A DNA stretch of 64,000 nt from Dehalococcoidia bacterium (lineage in GTDB: Bacteria; Chloroflexota; Dehalococcoidia; GIF9; AB-539-J10): assembly GCA_046538235.1 (NCBI GenBank), contig JBKHJG010000006.1, positions 54,630 to 118,629 on the forward strand. The letters run 5' to 3'. The translations under genes and the position numbers were made by a program. The notes under the pieces were generated by a model. The model searched no databases and had not been told where the DNA came from. It saw nothing but the letters and a program-made list of their open reading frames with translations. Positions within the stretch are counted from its first letter, which is position 1. Every line of letters starts with the position of its first letter. Below, piece after piece: positions 61,184-64,000 of the stretch.

Positions 61184-61207
61184 AAGAATAACGGCAGGAG
61201 GTTGGCA

Positions 61208-61894
61208 ATGAACCTAAAGGCGCTGCACAAAATAAGCTACGGTCTATATGTGATAAGTTCCAGGTCAGGGGCCAGGGTCAACGGGCAAATAGCCAATACG
61301 CTGATTCAGGTGACATCGGACACGCCCAGGGTTGCCGTGTGTATCAACGGGCAAAACCTGACTCACGAGTTCATCAGTGAGAGCAAGGTCCTTGTGGCTT
61401 CCATACTGTCCCAGGATACACCCCTCTCTTTCATCGGTCATTTCGGCTTCAAATCGGGCAGGGAAGTGGACAAGTTCAAGGACGTCAACTACAGGCTGGG
61501 TGCAGTTGAGGCTCCCATAGTGCTTGACCACAGCCTGGCTTTCATCGAGGCCAGAGTGGTGGACCGGCTGGATGTCGGGACTCACACCATCTTTATAGCG
61601 GAGGTTGTGGGGGCGGATGTCCTCAAGGAAGGCGAGGCAATGACCTATGCTTACTACCACGAGGTCAAAAGGGGCACCACTCCCAAGACAGCTCCCAGCT
61701 ATGTAGAAGAGAGAAAGGAGAAAGTATCGAAAATGGCGAAATATGAATGCACTGTGTGCGGGTATATCTATGACCCCGAACTGGGCGACCCCGACGGAGG
61801 CGTCGAGCCGGGTACGCCTTTCGAGGAAATACCCGACGATTGGGTATGCCCTGTCTGTGGAGCAAGCAAGGACCAGTTCGAGAAAGTGGAGTAG
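61208..61894 (+). CDS. Flavin reductase domain fused to a C-terminal rubredoxin (high-molecular-weight rubredoxin, Hrb-like)
   Basis: [29 protein letters not shown] is the flavin reductase fold. [46 protein letters not shown] is a canonical rubredoxin. Confidence 0.8.
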   Translation: MNLKALHKISYGLYVISSRSGARVNGQIANTLIQVTSDTPRVAVCINGQNLTHEFISESKVLVASILSQDTPLSFIGHFGFKSGREVDKFKDVNYRLGAVEAPIVLDHSLAFIEARVVDRLDVGTHTIFIAEVVGADVLKEGEAMTYAYYHEVKRGTTPKTAPSYVEERKEKVSKMAKYECTVCGYIYDPELGDPDGGVEPGTPFEEIPDDWVCPVCGASKDQFEKVE

Positions 61895-61898
61895 GACT

Positions 61899-63077
61899 AT
61901 GAAGGCAAGACAGATAAAGCCGGGTGTTGACTGGGTGGGGGCTATCGATTGGGACAGGCGTTTGTTTGACGCTCTAATACCCCTTCCCGATGGTACCAGC
62001 TACAACGCCTACCTGGTGCGGGGCAGCCAGAAGGTTGCTCTCATTGATGCCGTAGACCCTACCATGACAGAAACCCTCATGGCCTATCTTGAAGACGTCC
62101 CCAGTATCGATTATGTCATCGCCAACCATGCCGAGCAGGACCATTCCGGCGCTATCCCGCATGTTCTGGCCAAGTATCCCGCTGCCAAAGTGGTGACTAC
62201 TCCCAAGGGCAAGGATGTGCTGGTGGCCATGCTGCACATCGCGGAGGACAAGTTCAGCACCGTAAGCGATGGTGACACCTTGTCGCTGGGGGATAAGACC
62301 CTGGAATTCATCCATGCGCCATGGGTACACTGGCCTGAGACAATGCTCACCTACTTGCGGGAAGACAAGGTGTTATTCTCCTGCGACCTGTTTGGCTCGC
62401 ATCTCGCCACCGCAGATCTGTACGTCGTCGATGAAGGGCAAGTACACGAGGCGGCCAAAAGGTACTATGCCGAAATCATGATGCCTTTCCGCACCAGCAT
62501 TGAGAAGCACCTGGAGAAGCTAGAGGGTTATAAGATCGAAGTTATCGCCCCCAGTCACGGCCCGATGTATGACAGACCTTCGTTCATTCTGGAAGCATAT
62601 CGGAAGTGGGTGCTCGATCCCCCGAAAAACATAGTCGTGCTGCCTTACATATCCATGCATGGCAGTACGCAGAAGATGGTGGAGTATTTCGTGGGAGCCC
62701 TGGTTGACCTGGGCGTCAAGGTACAGCAGTTCGACCTGGCCACGGCCGATACCGGGAAGCTGGCCATGGCCCTGGTGGACGCCGGCACCATGGTTATCGG
62801 CACGCCGACGGTGCTGGTGGGGCCCCATCCCAATGTTGCCCACGCGGCATTCCTGGCCAATGCGTTAAGGCCCAAGCTCCAGTTCGTGACCGTCATCGGC
62901 TCGTATGGCTGGGGCAGCAACGCTGTGGAGCAGCTCAAAGGAATGATTCCCAAGCTCAAGGTCGAGGTGCTGGACCCCGTGATCAGCAAGGGATTGTCCC
63001 GGGAAAAGGACTACAAGGCCCTGGACATCCTGGCCAGCACCATAGCAGACAAGCACAAAGCGAGCGGCTTTGCGTGA
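61899..63077 (+). CDS. Flavodiiron protein (FprA-type A-type flavoprotein)
   Basis: The MBL-like diiron domain (YNAYLVRG...VIANHAEQDHSGAIP...HWPETM...DLFGSH) is followed by a flavodoxin-like domain (VVLPYISMHGSTQKM). Start at ATG 61899, not the track's 61743. Confidence 0.85.
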   Translation: MKARQIKPGVDWVGAIDWDRRLFDALIPLPDGTSYNAYLVRGSQKVALIDAVDPTMTETLMAYLEDVPSIDYVIANHAEQDHSGAIPHVLAKYPAAKVVTTPKGKDVLVAMLHIAEDKFSTVSDGDTLSLGDKTLEFIHAPWVHWPETMLTYLREDKVLFSCDLFGSHLATADLYVVDEGQVHEAAKRYYAEIMMPFRTSIEKHLEKLEGYKIEVIAPSHGPMYDRPSFILEAYRKWVLDPPKNIVVLPYISMHGSTQKMVEYFVGALVDLGVKVQQFDLATADTGKLAMALVDAGTMVIGTPTVLVGPHPNVAHAAFLANALRPKLQFVTVIGSYGWGSNAVEQLKGMIPKLKVEVLDPVISKGLSREKDYKALDILASTIADKHKASGFA

Positions 63078-63286
63078 TAGCGTCCCGGCGGGCAAGGCGA
63101 CGGGGCATTGCGGGCAGCGACAACCCGCGCCTGCCGTGGCCGCAATGGCGATGTGGTGGCGAGGGCGATTGAAGCAGCGCTGGGACCGGCCCTTCTTTGG
63201 GCGGGTCTGCCTGGGGCAAGTGAGCGGACAGGAGCGGAGTCGACTGCTTCCTGTAGCAGGACCAAGTCTATGAAGGGGTGAACAGC

Positions 63287-63895
63287 ATGTGGAAGTGCGC
63301 CAATTGTCATCACGTGGAGTTCAGCACTGACAAGCCCCGGCAATGCCCGGTCTGTGGTGTTGAGGAAGGGAAGCTGGTGCCGCATGAAGTTCCGGGGATA
63401 AAGGGAACCAAGACCGTGCGGAACCTCAAGGCCGGGTTTGTCGCCGAGTCGCAGGCGCATCTGAGAAATCTCAGCTATGCCATGAAAGCTGAGCAAGACG
63501 GTTATCCTCAGGTGGCGAGGTTGTTTCGTGCCATCGCTGAAGCCGAGGCAGTGCATGCCTTTAACCATTTCCGCCTCCTGGGCGGTGCGTCTGACACACA
63601 GGAGAACCTGGAAAGTGCCTTCGAGAAGGAGAAGCTGGCCAGTAGCAGCTATCCCCGATTCATAAGGGAAGCGAACGAAGAAGACAACACAAGCGTGGCA
63701 ACTGTCCTGGGTTATTCTCGTGATGTGGAGAGGGGGCATGCCAAGCTTTACAAGAAGGCACTGGCCCATATGATGGCTGAGGAGGACACTGAGTACTATG
63801 TTTGCCAGGTCTGCGGCTACGTCTCCGATGGGGTCCTCCCCGATGAGTGTCCCATCTGTGGCGCCCCCAAGGAGAAATTCAGGAACGTTGCATGA
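63287..63895 (+). CDS. Rubrerythrin with rubredoxin-like Cys4 modules at both termini
   Basis: N-terminal CANC-x14-CPVC. Diiron core ...FVAESQAHLRN...AEAEAVHA...EKEKL...ERGHAKLY. C-terminal CQVC-x12-CPIC. Confidence 0.85.
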   Translation: MWKCANCHHVEFSTDKPRQCPVCGVEEGKLVPHEVPGIKGTKTVRNLKAGFVAESQAHLRNLSYAMKAEQDGYPQVARLFRAIAEAEAVHAFNHFRLLGGASDTQENLESAFEKEKLASSSYPRFIREANEEDNTSVATVLGYSRDVERGHAKLYKKALAHMMAEEDTEYYVCQVCGYVSDGVLPDECPICGAPKEKFRNVA

Positions 63896-63948
63896 CCGGT
63901 CGGGCAGGCAGTCGCCCGGTGTATTATGTTTGCTCAAGGAGGTATCTA

Positions 63949-64000
63949 TGGCCGAGTTCAGAGAGGTTGCCAAGGCGGATGAGCTGGAAAGCGGTGCGAT
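63949..64000 (+). CDS. 5' end of an ORF of unknown function (MAEFREVAKADELESGA...)
   Basis: AAGGAGG lies 7 nt upstream of ATG 63949, and only 17 codons are visible. The N-terminus is reminiscent of small Rieske-type ferredoxins, but that is a guess. Confidence 0.3.

Noticed and set aside
63011-63973. 320-aa minus-strand ORF overlapping the rubrerythrin gene, plus similar shadows at 52426-53541, 54102-55094, 30852-31868, 29060-29953 and 42071-43042
   Set aside because: All overlap strongly supported genes on the other strand and lack recognisable motifs or RBS.
1-64000. rRNA, tRNA, tmRNA, RNase P and SRP RNA genes, and intact IS elements, integrases or prophage
   Set aside because: Scanning by eye for hallmark strings (GGTTCGAATCC-type T-loops, the GAGGAAAGTCCGG of RNase P, the SRP GGAA/AGCA motif, DDE or tyrosine-recombinase ORFs) found nothing convincing. 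A covariance-model scan would be needed to exclude small RNAs.

Overview
GC-rich bacterial chromosomal segment with dense coding on both strands. Many long ORFs in the track are antisense shadows of real genes. I read three blocks.

(1) 1-2455: the 5' part of iorA (minus strand, runs off the window, so it is absent from the ORF track) and a lipoprotein gene.

(2) About 2456-16013: an accessory, defence-type island.
- Decayed toxin-antitoxin cassettes: one MNT/HEPN cassette with a broken HEPN gene plus a second collapsed relic, an HTH-antitoxin/MazF pair, and an orphan XRE antitoxin next to a 5'-truncated HigB/Gp49-like stub.
- A GNAT gene, a small DUF3096-like membrane ORF and a NYN-domain gene.
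- A tightly coupled four-gene minus-strand operon: res, tcmP-like, Gp37/Gp68 (DUF5131), mod. The res gene is interrupted by one in-frame TGA.
- The island ends in REP-like hairpin repeats and a roughly 175 bp duplication of the ppdK promoter, leader and first codons.

(3) 16014-64000: mostly core metabolism and stress genes.
- An unusually short ppdK, a flavin reductase, a class II photolyase, a PNPOx-like protein, a Staygreen homolog, a peroxiredoxin, a NYN+LOTUS protein, a UvrD-like helicase and an MFS transporter.
- rpe, rpmB, a DAK2/YloV-like protein, DegV, recG and argS.
- A large Gly-rich surface protein with six X2-like tandem repeats behind a long leader.
- A USP / S2P-CBS / USP operon, ppsA, a CPA2 antiporter and an OtsB1-like HAD+TPP+GH65 fusion.
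- Stand-alone LigD PE and Pol domains, an MBL hydrolase, and two convergent P-type ATPases followed by ChaB and a putative bacterial aeRF1-like (baeRF) protein.
- An O2/ROS-detoxification cluster: ferritin-like, SufC, SufB, flavin reductase-rubredoxin, flavodiiron protein and rubrerythrin.

I recognised no rRNA, tRNA, CRISPR array or intact transposase/integrase. The gene content suggests an anaerobic or microaerotolerant organism, possibly Chloroflexota-like; that is inference only. All family calls rest on my reading of the translations, since no searches could be run. The most system-like unexplained item is the res / tcmP / DUF5131 / mod operon.
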